Shown piece by piece: positions 30,014-41,329 of a stretch of DNA of 64,000 nucleotides (positions are counted from its first letter, which is position 1; each line of letters starts with the position of its first letter). The translations under genes and the position numbers were made by a program. The DNA comes from Clostridia bacterium (GTDB lineage Bacteria; Bacillota; Clostridia; Oscillospirales; CAG-382): contig JAFSGD010000020.1 of NCBI GenBank assembly GCA_017434845.1, forward strand, positions 14,960 to 78,959, written 5' to 3'. Below the pieces are notes generated by a model. That model made no database searches. It had not been told where the DNA came from and was given only the letters and a program-made list of their open reading frames with translations.

Positions 30014-30787
30014 ATGCACAAGGCAAAAATCATTTGCTTCGCCAACCAAAAGGGCGGAGTTGGAAAAACCACGAGCGCACTCAACATCGCCGCTTGCTTG
30101 GCAAGAAGCGGACGTAAAGTATTATTCATCGATTCCGACCCGCAGGGTAACGCAACAAGCGGAATCGGAATTAAGAAAAAGAATATTTCAGGCAACGTTT
30201 ATGATCTGATGATAGGAAGACTCCGCTGGGATGAAGCGGCTATCCCTTCGAACGCAAAGGGCTTATACGTAATCCCCTCCAGCATCAATCTTGTCGGTGC
30301 CGAGCTTGAGCTTGTTGATGAACGTGACCGTGAATATAAGCTCAAGAAAGCGCTTGCCGGCGCCGAAAACGAATTCGATTACATAATCATCGATTGCCCG
30401 CCGTCGCTCGGTCTTTTAACCATCAACGCGCTTGCAACCGCGAAATATGTTGTCATTCCTGTTTTATGCGAATATTATTCACTTGAGGGTCTTTCTCAGC
30501 TTACCGCAACGATCAAGCAGATAAAAAGGCTTTACAATCCCGATATTGAACTATTGGGTGTTTTGATCAATATGTTTGACGGCAGGCTTAACCTTTCGAT
30601 AGCGGTTCTTGAAGAGATCAAAAAGTATTTTTCCGATAAAATATTCCGAACCCCTATTCCGAGAAGCGTAAAAATCAGCGAAGCTCCCAGCCACGGATTA
30701 GCTATCACCGATTACGACCGAAACGGCAAGGGTGCGGCGGCTTATTCTTCGGTGGCTTTGGAAATCATTCAAAGATGTGAAAAATAA
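30014..30787 (+). CDS. parA: chromosome partitioning ATPase ParA/Soj
   Basis: 257 aa with the deviant Walker A motif NQKGGVGKTT. Confidence 0.93.
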   Translation: MHKAKIICFANQKGGVGKTTSALNIAACLARSGRKVLFIDSDPQGNATSGIGIKKKNISGNVYDLMIGRLRWDEAAIPSNAKGLYVIPSSINLVGAELELVDERDREYKLKKALAGAENEFDYIIIDCPPSLGLLTINALATAKYVVIPVLCEYYSLEGLSQLTATIKQIKRLYNPDIELLGVLINMFDGRLNLSIAVLEEIKKYFSDKIFRTPIPRSVKISEAPSHGLAITDYDRNGKGAAAYSSVALEIIQRCEK

Positions 30788-30798
30788 CGGAGGATTTA

Positions 30799-31689
30799 AT
30801 GGCTAAAAAAGGACTCGGCAGAGGATTGGATGCCCTTCTTGCCGATAATTCAATAGACGAAAAAGATCAAGGCGGCGTTACGATGCTGAAAATTTCGGAT
30901 ATCGAGCCCAACCGTCTGCAAGCAAGAAAGCAGTTTGACGAAAACGCCCTGCTTGAGCTCGCCGATTCGATCGGCAGGCACGGTATTCTTCAACCGATTG
31001 CCGTTAGAAAAAAACAAAACGGTTATTACGAGATCATCGCAGGAGAACGCAGATGGCGTGCCTCGAAAATTGCCGGCTTAAGCGAGATTCCCGCATTGAT
31101 AAAAGAAGTTGACGACCTTCTCGCAACCGAGCTTTCTTTAATCGAAAACCTTCAGCGCGAAAATCTTAACGCAGCCGAAGAAGCAAGAGGATATCGCGAT
31201 TTAATGGAACGCTTCGGGCTCACTCAAGAGCAAGCTGCCGAAAAGGTCGGCAAATCAAGAACGGCAGTTGCGAATCTTCTAAGAATATTAAAGTTGCCTG
31301 AAGATGTTCTTTCCCTTATAGAAAAAGGCAGTCTTTCTTACGGACACGCCAGAGCTTTGATTCCCTTAACTCAATACTATGACGAAGACGAGGTCTTGAA
31401 GCACGCAGAATCGGTTATTGCAAACGGATTATCGGTAAGACAGACCGAACAATACGTTAAGCTCAGAACCGATACGAATATTAAAACCGAAACGCCTCAA
31501 TCACTCGTTAGCAGAACCTATTATAAAAAGCTTGAAAACGATATGAGCGAACGGTTAGGAAGAAAAGCGTTAATTCGGCGCTCTCCTGACGGAAAAGGCA
31601 GATTGACGCTTTCGTTTTCAAGCGCAGACGATTTGGAATCACTTATTAAACATCTTTGCGGAAACGAATTTTTCGAAAACGAACAATAA
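30799..31689 (+). CDS. parB: chromosome partitioning protein ParB/Spo0J
   Basis: 296 aa with the ParB box GERRWRAS and an HTH segment (QEQAAEKVGKSRTAVAN). Confidence 0.93.
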   Translation: MAKKGLGRGLDALLADNSIDEKDQGGVTMLKISDIEPNRLQARKQFDENALLELADSIGRHGILQPIAVRKKQNGYYEIIAGERRWRASKIAGLSEIPALIKEVDDLLATELSLIENLQRENLNAAEEARGYRDLMERFGLTQEQAAEKVGKSRTAVANLLRILKLPEDVLSLIEKGSLSYGHARALIPLTQYYDEDEVLKHAESVIANGLSVRQTEQYVKLRTDTNIKTETPQSLVSRTYYKKLENDMSERLGRKALIRRSPDGKGRLTLSFSSADDLESLIKHLCGNEFFENEQ

Positions 31690-31709
31690 ACAGAACGGAG
31701 ATATAAAAA

Positions 31710-32987
31710 ATGCTTGATATTAAATTCCTTCGCGAAAATCCCGATATGGTACGCGAAAACATCAAAAAGAAATTTCAGGACAGCAAGCTTCCGCTTGTTG
31801 ATGAGGTTATAGCGCTTGATAAGCGCAACCGCGAGATCAAAACCGAGGTTGAGTCGCTTCGCGCAGAGCGCAACAAGGCTTCAAAACAGATCGGTGCTCT
31901 TATGGCGCAGGGCAAGCGCGACGAAGCCGAGGAAATCAAACGCCGCATTTCCGAAAGCGGAAGCAAGATAGATTCCCTTTCTGCCGAAGAAAAAGAGGTT
32001 GGCGAAAAGATCACCGATATCATGATGCGTATTCCCAATATCATTGATCCTTCCGTGCCCGTCGGAAAGAACGATGAAGAGAACGTTGAGGTTCAAAGAT
32101 ACGGCGAACCCGTCGTTCCCGATTTTGAAATTCCTTATCATGCCGAAATTCTCGAAAAGCTCGACGGACTTGATCTTGACAGCGCGAGACGCGTTGCGGG
32201 CAACGGATTCTATTACCTCACCGGTGATATTGCGCAGCTTCATTCCGCAGTTTTGGCTTATGCGCGCGACTTTATGATACAGCGCGGCTTTGAGTATTGC
32301 ATTCCGCCCTTTATGATAAGAAGCAACGTTGTTGCAGGAGTTATGAGCTTTGCCGAAATGGACGCTATGATGTATAAGATCGAGGGTGAAGACCTTTACC
32401 TTATCGGTACCAGCGAGCACTCTATGATCGGCAGATACATCGATACCATAATTCCCGAAAAGGAATTGCCCAAAACTCTTACCAGCTATTCCCCCTGCTT
32501 CCGCAAGGAAAAGGGCGCGCACGGCATTGAAGAGCGCGGAATTTATCGTATACACCAGTTTGAAAAGCAGGAAATGATCGTTATCTGCAAGCCCGAAGAA
32601 AGCATGATGTGGTTCGATAAGCTTTGGCAGAATACCGTTGATCTTTTCCGTTCGCTCGATATTCCCGTTCGCACGCTTGAGTGTTGCTCGGGCGACCTTG
32701 CCGATCTTAAGGTTAAGTCGGTTGACGTTGAAGCTTGGTCCCCCAGACAGAAGAAGTATTTCGAGGTTGGCTCTTGCTCTAATCTCGGCGATGCTCAAGC
32801 ACGCAGACTTAAGATTAGAGTCGACGGTGAAAACGGCAAATACCTTGCCCACACCCTTAACAATACCGTTGTAGCTCCTCCCAGAATGCTTATTGCACTT
32901 ATCGAAAACAACCTCAATGCCGACGGAAGCGTTAATATCCCCGAGGTTTTGAGACCCTATATGCTCGGAAAATCTATTATAAAGTAG
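31710..32987 (+). CDS. serS: seryl-tRNA synthetase
   Basis: 425 aa, beginning MLDIKFLREN, with a coiled-coil arm and class II aaRS motifs. Confidence 0.97.
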   Translation: MLDIKFLRENPDMVRENIKKKFQDSKLPLVDEVIALDKRNREIKTEVESLRAERNKASKQIGALMAQGKRDEAEEIKRRISESGSKIDSLSAEEKEVGEKITDIMMRIPNIIDPSVPVGKNDEENVEVQRYGEPVVPDFEIPYHAEILEKLDGLDLDSARRVAGNGFYYLTGDIAQLHSAVLAYARDFMIQRGFEYCIPPFMIRSNVVAGVMSFAEMDAMMYKIEGEDLYLIGTSEHSMIGRYIDTIIPEKELPKTLTSYSPCFRKEKGAHGIEERGIYRIHQFEKQEMIVICKPEESMMWFDKLWQNTVDLFRSLDIPVRTLECCSGDLADLKVKSVDVEAWSPRQKKYFEVGSCSNLGDAQARRLKIRVDGENGKYLAHTLNNTVVAPPRMLIALIENNLNADGSVNIPEVLRPYMLGKSIIK

Positions 32988-32996
32988 GCTGATTTC

Positions 32997-33437
32997 ATGG
33001 ATTTAAAAACAATCATCTGGATGTTTATGATCGGCGTTGCCGTTGCCACCATCGTCGTTTATTATAACAGCAGATTCTTGGGCAGAACAGTGCGCGCGCT
33101 GTTGGATATCGACGCGACGTCGCCCCAAAGCGCGATAACCTTAGAAGAGCTTGGGTTATCTTTAACCCCTGCCCTCCGCAGCTCGTTAAAGCCCGGAACC
33201 GCTTTCTCGCAGATCGTTATCAAAACCGAAGATGACCGCTATTATATTGCTCCCGATAAGGTTTCGCTTGCAAAAGCCAAATACCGCGGAAAAGATATAA
33301 CGATAGTTTTTGTTATACTAACCCTTGTTATTCTTGCGGTATGTGCATTTGCGATGACGTTTGTTTTTCCCGAAACCATCGAAAACCTCAGCAATCAGTT
33401 ATCTAACCTGTTTGGCGGAGGAGGAACAACGCGATGA
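32997..33437 (+). CDS. hypothetical membrane protein
   Basis: 146 aa with N- and C-terminal TM segments. It overlaps the next gene by 4 nt. Confidence 0.5.
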   Translation: MDLKTIIWMFMIGVAVATIVVYYNSRFLGRTVRALLDIDATSPQSAITLEELGLSLTPALRSSLKPGTAFSQIVIKTEDDRYYIAPDKVSLAKAKYRGKDITIVFVILTLVILAVCAFAMTFVFPETIENLSNQLSNLFGGGGTTR

Positions 33438-34309
33438 ATTCCAAACGCAGAGCTAACCCCATATTGGTAATTCTTATCGTTGCGGTTGCAATGGTCGGCG
33501 TTACATTTCTCGGCATTCGTTTATTCAAGGGCATTAAGGTCTTTCCCACAACCCTAAGCAACGGCGCTAAATTCTTGGGCGAATGGGAGGGCGACCAGCC
33601 TATAAGCGGAACAATTAAATATCAGGATGATAACGAAGCCACGCTTGATTATTTCAGCAAGACCATAACCTATGCAAACGGTGATATCTATGTTGGCGAT
33701 ATCGTCGGCGGATGCAAAAACGGCAGAGGTATAATGACCTATTCCGCAACCGGCGACGTTTATGAAGGTGAATTCGCCAATGATGAAATTACCGGAAGCG
33801 GTGTATTCAAATATTCAAACGGCGACCTTTATGAAGGCAGTCTTCTAAACTCTCAAAAGCACGGCCACGGAAAATTCACCTATGCAAACGGCAACGTTTA
33901 CGAAGGCAATTTCCAAAACGACGTCAGAAGCGGAAGAGGAAAATTCACTTGGGCTTCGGGTACGGTTTACGAGGGCGATTTTGCCGATGACCTTAAAAAC
34001 GGTTACGGCATTATGAGCTTTGAAAGCGGAGACCGCTATGAAGGATATTTCAAAGACGATATGCGCGACGGAGAAAAGGGCATTTATTCTTGGAAGGATG
34101 GCGAGCGTTATAACGGAACCTTCCGAAATAACCTTATGGATACCCGCGCCGTAGATGAAAACGGCGAGTTTATAAAAGACTCGAACGGCGAATACGTTCA
34201 CGGCGAAATGGCAACCTATACCTTCACCACAGGCAGAACCTATCGAGGATATTTCATCGAAGGCGAAGCTGTCGGTGTTAAGATCGATTCAAATATTCAA
34301 ACCGATTGA
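33434..34309 (+). CDS. MORN-repeat protein with an N-terminal TM anchor
   Basis: 291 aa with about 8 repeats of the Y.G.F.....G.G pattern (YEGEFANDEITGSG, and others). Confidence 0.8.
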   Translation: MNSKRRANPILVILIVAVAMVGVTFLGIRLFKGIKVFPTTLSNGAKFLGEWEGDQPISGTIKYQDDNEATLDYFSKTITYANGDIYVGDIVGGCKNGRGIMTYSATGDVYEGEFANDEITGSGVFKYSNGDLYEGSLLNSQKHGHGKFTYANGNVYEGNFQNDVRSGRGKFTWASGTVYEGDFADDLKNGYGIMSFESGDRYEGYFKDDMRDGEKGIYSWKDGERYNGTFRNNLMDTRAVDENGEFIKDSNGEYVHGEMATYTFTTGRTYRGYFIEGEAVGVKIDSNIQTD

Positions 34310-34318
34310 GAGGCAACT

Positions 34319-35173
34319 ATGGCAAACTTTATTCTTTCTGCTTTTGCTGATGAGATTGATTCGAATTTTGATATACAGCTCGAATCCTTAAAAAAGCTTG
34401 GAATCAATATGCTTGAACTTCGCGGTGTTAACGGCAAAAGCTTCGTTGAGCTTTCCGACGAAGAGGCTTATGAAGTCAAGCAAAAGCTTTCAGAAAACAA
34501 AATCTCGCTTTCCGCGCTTGGCAGCCCTATCGGAAAGATCAAAGTTGACGGCGATTTCATCGCCCACAAAAACCTGCTTGAGCGCATTATGGATATTGGC
34601 GATATTCTTGAATGCAAGCGAATAAGAATGTTTAGCTTTTATCCCGCAGAAAACATGAGCAGAGATGCTTTTCGTGCCAAGGCTTTTTCTATGCTTGATG
34701 AATTGCTTGCAATGGCAGAAAAGCGCGGTTTTGTGCTCTGCCACGAAAACGAAAAGGATATCTTTGGTGAAACTCCCGAGCAAGAGCTCGAGTTGCTTGA
34801 ACATTTCGGCGGCAGGTTAAAAGCGGTTCTCGACCCCGGAAACTTTGCGTTCTGTTTGCTGGATGCCTCTAAGGGATATCCGCTTCTCAAAAAGCATATC
34901 GAATATTTTCATATTAAAGACGCCGACGAAAGCGGCGCCATCGTTCCTCCCGGAAAAGGCGTTGCTTTTCTTAAAGAAACGCTTGCGGGTATTGCCGCCG
35001 ACCGTCCCGATGAAGACGTCATTTTAACTATAGAGCCGCATCTTATGGGATTTGTCGGTTTAGCATCGCTGTCGAAATTGGATGATATACGCCACGTATA
35101 TTCCTTTGATACGCCCTTTGATGCATTTAAAACAGCAGTGGATGCCGTTAAAGGCATGATATCCGATTTATAA
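34319..35173 (+). CDS. sugar phosphate isomerase/epimerase (TIM barrel)
   Basis: 284 aa. Xylose-isomerase-like TIM-barrel pattern (..CHENE.., ..H.KD..). Confidence 0.75.
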   Translation: MANFILSAFADEIDSNFDIQLESLKKLGINMLELRGVNGKSFVELSDEEAYEVKQKLSENKISLSALGSPIGKIKVDGDFIAHKNLLERIMDIGDILECKRIRMFSFYPAENMSRDAFRAKAFSMLDELLAMAEKRGFVLCHENEKDIFGETPEQELELLEHFGGRLKAVLDPGNFAFCLLDASKGYPLLKKHIEYFHIKDADESGAIVPPGKGVAFLKETLAGIAADRPDEDVILTIEPHLMGFVGLASLSKLDDIRHVYSFDTPFDAFKTAVDAVKGMISDL

Positions 35174-35174
35174 T

Positions 35175-36749
35175 ATGAATGCTTTGAAGAATTATTGCAC
35201 CCAAACCATATCGGCAACGGCAATCTGCCTGCTTGCCGGTATTTTGGGTGCACTTCCCTATTATTACGAGTTTTTATTCATACTCACGTTTGTATCGCAA
35301 ATAATTCTGTTTTTTGTCGTTATTCTGCAAAGACGCTCCCGAAAAAGAGTGTTCTTACCGTTTTTTTCTTATTTCATAGGCTTCTATTCTCCGCTTTATT
35401 TCTTTTTATCGGAAATGTATCCTTATGAACGATTCGGCTTCAACGAAACACAGGCAATATTTATTGTAATCTGCTCATGTGTGTTGATTCCGCTTTTGCA
35501 TGCAGTTGTTGAAGCTTTGATAATGATGCTTTCCAAGCTGTTTCCGAACAGCGATTTTGATATTTTGGGTTATTCGGCACTTTGGGTCATTGGCGAATGG
35601 GTGCTTTCGCTTGGCTTACTGGCTTTTCCATGGAGCTCGACCGCCGTTTCCCTTACCGGATTTCTACCATATATACAAACCGCTTCTCTGTTCGGAAAAT
35701 ATTTTATAACGTTCATCACCGCGCTTATCTGTGTTTCTGTTGCAAAATGTTTAATCGATAAGAAGCCGCTGTTAGCGTATATTGCAATCGGTGCATTTGT
35801 ATTGAACACCGCAGGAGGCCTTGCATTGCGCTGTATTCCTGCCGTTAATAACGAAAACGAAACGGTTTCTGTCGCTATGCTTCAGGGAAACGTGCTTTCC
35901 AATGAAAAATGGGTGAGCGCAAACGAAGGCACTATATTTGACAGATATATCGAAATGGCGGAAGAAGCCGCAAAAAACGGTGCCGAGATAATTGTTATTC
36001 CCGAAAGCGCTATTCCGCTTGCGTTCTATGAAAATTCACGAACTCATATCGCGTTGGCAAATATTGCAAAGGAATATAACGTTACGTTCGTAGCAGGAAT
36101 TCACTATTACGAAAACGGCGTTAACGGCAATTCGGTTATAGCGGTTTATCCCGACGGTACGCTTTCCGAGCGCTACGACAAACGCCACCTTGTTCCTTTT
36201 GGAGAGTTTATTCCGTTTGTTGATTTCATAGGCAAATATCTCCCCTTTGTTGCCGAATTCAACGAAGGCACAAGCACACTCATTGAGGGAGAAAAGCCCG
36301 TTGTTATCGAAACAGAACACGGATCTGTAACGCCGTTGGTGTGCTTTGATTCGATATTTCCGCAATTTGCGCGCCAAGGATGCAAAAACGGTGCCGAAAT
36401 GATTGCTGTTGTTACAAACGACAGCTGGTTTAACGACAGCGTTGGCATATATACCCACCTTCGCCATGCTCAGATAAGAGCGATTGAAAACAGAAAGCCT
36501 ATTCTGCGTGCCGCAAACACGGGTGTATCAGCTATCATTAATGAGAAAGGTTCGGTTATCGATGCTTCGCAACCTTTGGAAAAAGCTATCGTTTATTCCG
36601 AAATCACGGCTAATTCCACCAAAACGCTATATAACCGAATCGGTGATATAGTTTTATATGCTTCATTCGCGATCATTGTTTTGCTGTCAGCAATAACTAT
36701 AATTTCAAAATATAAGGAGAAAACCGATGGAAATAATTCAGCTTCATAA
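35175..36749 (+). CDS. lnt: apolipoprotein N-acyltransferase
   Basis: 524 aa. Multiple N-terminal TM segments are followed by a CN-hydrolase domain (E...K...C: ..IVIPESA.., ..YDKRHLVPFGE.., ..VCFDSIF..) and a C-terminal TM segment. Confidence 0.85.
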   Translation: MNALKNYCTQTISATAICLLAGILGALPYYYEFLFILTFVSQIILFFVVILQRRSRKRVFLPFFSYFIGFYSPLYFFLSEMYPYERFGFNETQAIFIVICSCVLIPLLHAVVEALIMMLSKLFPNSDFDILGYSALWVIGEWVLSLGLLAFPWSSTAVSLTGFLPYIQTASLFGKYFITFITALICVSVAKCLIDKKPLLAYIAIGAFVLNTAGGLALRCIPAVNNENETVSVAMLQGNVLSNEKWVSANEGTIFDRYIEMAEEAAKNGAEIIVIPESAIPLAFYENSRTHIALANIAKEYNVTFVAGIHYYENGVNGNSVIAVYPDGTLSERYDKRHLVPFGEFIPFVDFIGKYLPFVAEFNEGTSTLIEGEKPVVIETEHGSVTPLVCFDSIFPQFARQGCKNGAEMIAVVTNDSWFNDSVGIYTHLRHAQIRAIENRKPILRAANTGVSAIINEKGSVIDASQPLEKAIVYSEITANSTKTLYNRIGDIVLYASFAIIVLLSAITIISKYKEKTDGNNSAS

Positions 36750-37587
36750 CAGCGAAATTTATGACGGCGCAACAACCGTTACGGTTGAGCTTATGGTTCA
36801 CAGAGCATCTGTTGAGCTCACAAAAGGAAAACGCCCTGCAATGATCGTTTTTCCCGGCGGGGGATATGGATTCACCTCTGACCGAGAAGCCGAACCGATC
36901 GCGAGCGCATATTTTGCAGAAGGCTACAACTGCTTTACAGTTCGCTATATCTGCGGCGAAAAAGCAAAAATTGCCAATCCGCTTTATGATGCGGCGGCGG
37001 CGATCGCACACGTAAGGTCCAATGCGGATAAATACAATATCGATCCCGAAAAGATCGCGGTTATCGGTTTTTCTGCGGGCGGCCATCTTGCCGGATTTAT
37101 TGCAACTCAATGGCACAGAAAAGAGATTGCCGAAAAGCTTGGTATCGATAACGATTTGTGCAAGCCGAACGCGGCAATACTTTGTTATCCCGTTGTAACA
37201 CAAAACGTGCCCACACATTGCGAATCGTTTAACAACCTTCTCGGTGCCGAGCGAAGCGGCGAGCTTAATTCAATGGCAAACCTTGACGAAAATGTTGATG
37301 AAAGGACCTGCCCCTGCTTTATTTGGCACACAGCAAGCGACGAGGCTGTTCCCGTCGCTAACTCGTTAGCGTTTGCGCGGGCATTAACCGATAACAAAAT
37401 CAGTTGCGAAATGCATATCTTCCCTTACGGCAACCACGGCCTTTCTCGTGCAAATGCCGAAACCGCACCCGATTGGGGAACCGAGGAATATACAATCCCC
37501 TACGTTGCCAGATGGATGGGCTGGTCGATCAAATGGCTGGAAAACACCCTTTTCGACGGCAAATTCAAAATGACGTTTGATAAATAA
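36727..37587 (+). CDS. alpha/beta hydrolase (esterase/lipase family)
   Basis: 286 aa with the oxyanion motif PGGGY and the nucleophile elbow GFSAGGH. It overlaps the 3' end of lnt by 23 nt. Confidence 0.8.
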   Translation: MEIIQLHNSEIYDGATTVTVELMVHRASVELTKGKRPAMIVFPGGGYGFTSDREAEPIASAYFAEGYNCFTVRYICGEKAKIANPLYDAAAAIAHVRSNADKYNIDPEKIAVIGFSAGGHLAGFIATQWHRKEIAEKLGIDNDLCKPNAAILCYPVVTQNVPTHCESFNNLLGAERSGELNSMANLDENVDERTCPCFIWHTASDEAVPVANSLAFARALTDNKISCEMHIFPYGNHGLSRANAETAPDWGTEEYTIPYVARWMGWSIKWLENTLFDGKFKMTFDK

Positions 37588-37590
37588 TTT

Positions 37591-37618
37591 AAGACCGCCG
37601 ACAATGATCGGCGGTCTT
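37591..37618. terminator. bidirectional hairpin between convergent genes
   Basis: AAGACCGCCG (37591-37600) pairs with CGGCGGTCTT (37609-37618). Confidence 0.6.
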
Positions 37619-37623
37619 GTTAA

Positions 37624-38697
37624 TTAATCGGCGTGTTTTTTTAATTTTATTAAAGCGTTGTTAAATCTTACATTATTGCGCAGGCAATCAAAAGCTTTGT
37701 CGTCAAAGTCGCATAACCTCAAATTGCATGCGTTGCCTTTGTAGTTTTTCGAGGTGTTCGACCTGCTGTGTTTTAATCGGTTTACCATTGGTGCCGTGTA
37801 ATCCATATCTTTTAACGAAGCGTCGATAACGGCATATTTAACGCTGTTTTCCAGTGCTTTCAAAGCGTTGTCATGTTCCTTTAAATCAACATATTGCATC
37901 GCAAGACACCTATTGAAATACGACAAATCAAAAGCAAAAAATCCCACGTTCCCGTCAGAATAAAGACGTTCGATAATATCAATAGCAAAAGTATAAGCTT
38001 CAATTTTTTCTTTTACGGAAAAATTGATTTTATCTATCATCAGAGATGCGGCCATAGAAGCCTGACGAATACAGGTTGAAATATAGCCTTGGCAGGCTTT
38101 TACTCCTTCTTCTCCGCGCAATATACGTGCTTTAAGCGTTTCTCTTCCGATAAAAATCGTGCCACTCATGTTTGCATATTGCAAAGCTTTTTCTTCATCA
38201 AATCCGCTGTAAGTATAACATAAATACTCAATTACGTTTTCTCGTTGAAAAGAATCGGTCGACCTTTCAAGAATCTTTTCTCCCAATTCAATTATTCGAG
38301 AGGCTTTTGTCTTCGGACAAGGATAATCACCGTTCCGATTTAATGCAAACATTAAATTTTCCATAACGGTTAGATTGTTCGGAAACTCCGAATAAGCCTT
38401 TTCCCAAAGAGTAAGCAGCTTTTCGTTTTCACCGTTTTGCTGAAATATTCTGCTTTGCCGCTGATATGATTCTATGGTTTCTTCAATTTTCAGCTGATCC
38501 ACACAAAGTAACTCATCAACCGTTACACCGAAATATAATGCTATCTTTGGTAATAGCGTAATGTCAGGAAAGCCTTCTCCGCGTTCCCACTTACCAACCG
38601 ATTGCGGTGTTATTCCCAGATGGTTTGCGAGCGCCTCTTGTGTTATCCTTCTTTGCTGTCTCAGAGAGCGCAATTTTTCTTTCAAATTAATTTCCAT
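37624..38697 (-). CDS. XRE-family HTH transcriptional regulator with a TPR-like C-terminal domain (RNPP-like architecture)
   Basis: 357 aa. The N-terminus LRQQRRITQEALANHLGITPQSVGKWERGEGFPD is a Cro/C1-type HTH, followed by about 290 aa that look helical and repeat-like. Confidence 0.75.
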   Translation of the reverse strand: MEINLKEKLRSLRQQRRITQEALANHLGITPQSVGKWERGEGFPDITLLPKIALYFGVTVDELLCVDQLKIEETIESYQRQSRIFQQNGENEKLLTLWEKAYSEFPNNLTVMENLMFALNRNGDYPCPKTKASRIIELGEKILERSTDSFQRENVIEYLCYTYSGFDEEKALQYANMSGTIFIGRETLKARILRGEEGVKACQGYISTCIRQASMAASLMIDKINFSVKEKIEAYTFAIDIIERLYSDGNVGFFAFDLSYFNRCLAMQYVDLKEHDNALKALENSVKYAVIDASLKDMDYTAPMVNRLKHSRSNTSKNYKGNACNLRLCDFDDKAFDCLRNNVRFNNALIKLKKHAD

Positions 38698-38883
38698 GTT
38701 TCAATCCGCCTTTTATAAGATTGATAAGCACTTATCTTATTTATATTATACAACACATATCTGATTTAGCAAGAACCGTAAAGTTTACACGCCGGCGGAA
38801 TTTACAACTATCTGTTGTGAAGTGTGTTTTGAAGCTGTTCATCAATAAAAAACATATAAGGCTTTTTCAGTACAAGATCTTTA

Positions 38884-39027
38884 TTATCTATATACAAGAT
38901 ATACTCCTTTTGATTGTACTCTTGTATTACGATTTAATACATATACATCATCACCCTTCGATACAAAATATTCTGCGATAAAACGGCTAACAAATACCGT
39001 TCCGCCTGTAACAAGTAGTTTCTTCAT
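38884..39027 (-). pseudogene. 5' relic of an NAD-dependent epimerase/dehydratase gene
   Basis: MKKLLVTGGTVFVSRFIAEYFVSKGDDVYVLNR (Rossmann GxxGxxG) runs into double stops after 47 codons. Downstream frames hold only scattered similarity. Typical family members are longer than 280 aa. Confidence 0.6.
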
Positions 39028-39167
39028 TTTATATCCTAATAATAAATCCTTTCTTTTTGCACATAATATTCCTGAGGATGTGTATTGTATGGTTTTATTC
39101 ACGCTCGGGCTTCTTTTGGGCGGACTTTGCGGTGTGTTCTTTATGTGTCTGTTTCAGGTTCGCTCAT

Positions 39168-39202
39168 GAAAAGAAAAGGCTGTCGCTAATACACGACAGC
39201 CT
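39168..39202 (-). terminator. intrinsic terminator after groEL
   Basis: AGGCTGTCG (39177-39185) pairs with CGACAGCCT (39194-39202). On the - strand it is followed by TTTCTTTTC. Confidence 0.65.
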
Positions 39203-39209
39203 AATTTTA

Positions 39210-41174
<1,965 letters not shown>

Positions 41175-41246
41175 TTATTTACGATTTAGTTTATACTACT
41201 TAAATGTTAATAATATATTACCAATAATAGTTTATATTGTAAAGTG

Positions 41247-41273
41247 TTGGCACTTGATTGTTGCGAGTGCTAA
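41247..41273. promoter_or_regulatory. CIRCE operator (HrcA binding site) upstream of groES
   Basis: TTGGCACTT-N9-GAGTGCTAA against the consensus TTAGCACTC-N9-GAGTGCTAA. The right half is perfect and the left half has 2 mismatches. Confidence 0.8.
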
Positions 41274-41329
41274 CTTTTTGACGAAAAACAAAAAACAAAC
41301 GCTGGTGCTCTTTACTTTATAGTGCCAAA

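Noticed and set aside
31690-31709. I looked for a T-box upstream of serS.
   Set aside because: Only 20 nt separate the parB stop from the serS start, and they hold nothing but an RBS.
38698-39209. I searched the large gap for a signalling-peptide gene, a toxin-antitoxin pair or an ncRNA.
   Set aside because: Short ORFs there lack an RBS or overlap the epimerase relic in antisense. Apart from the groEL terminator I saw no convincing stem-loops.
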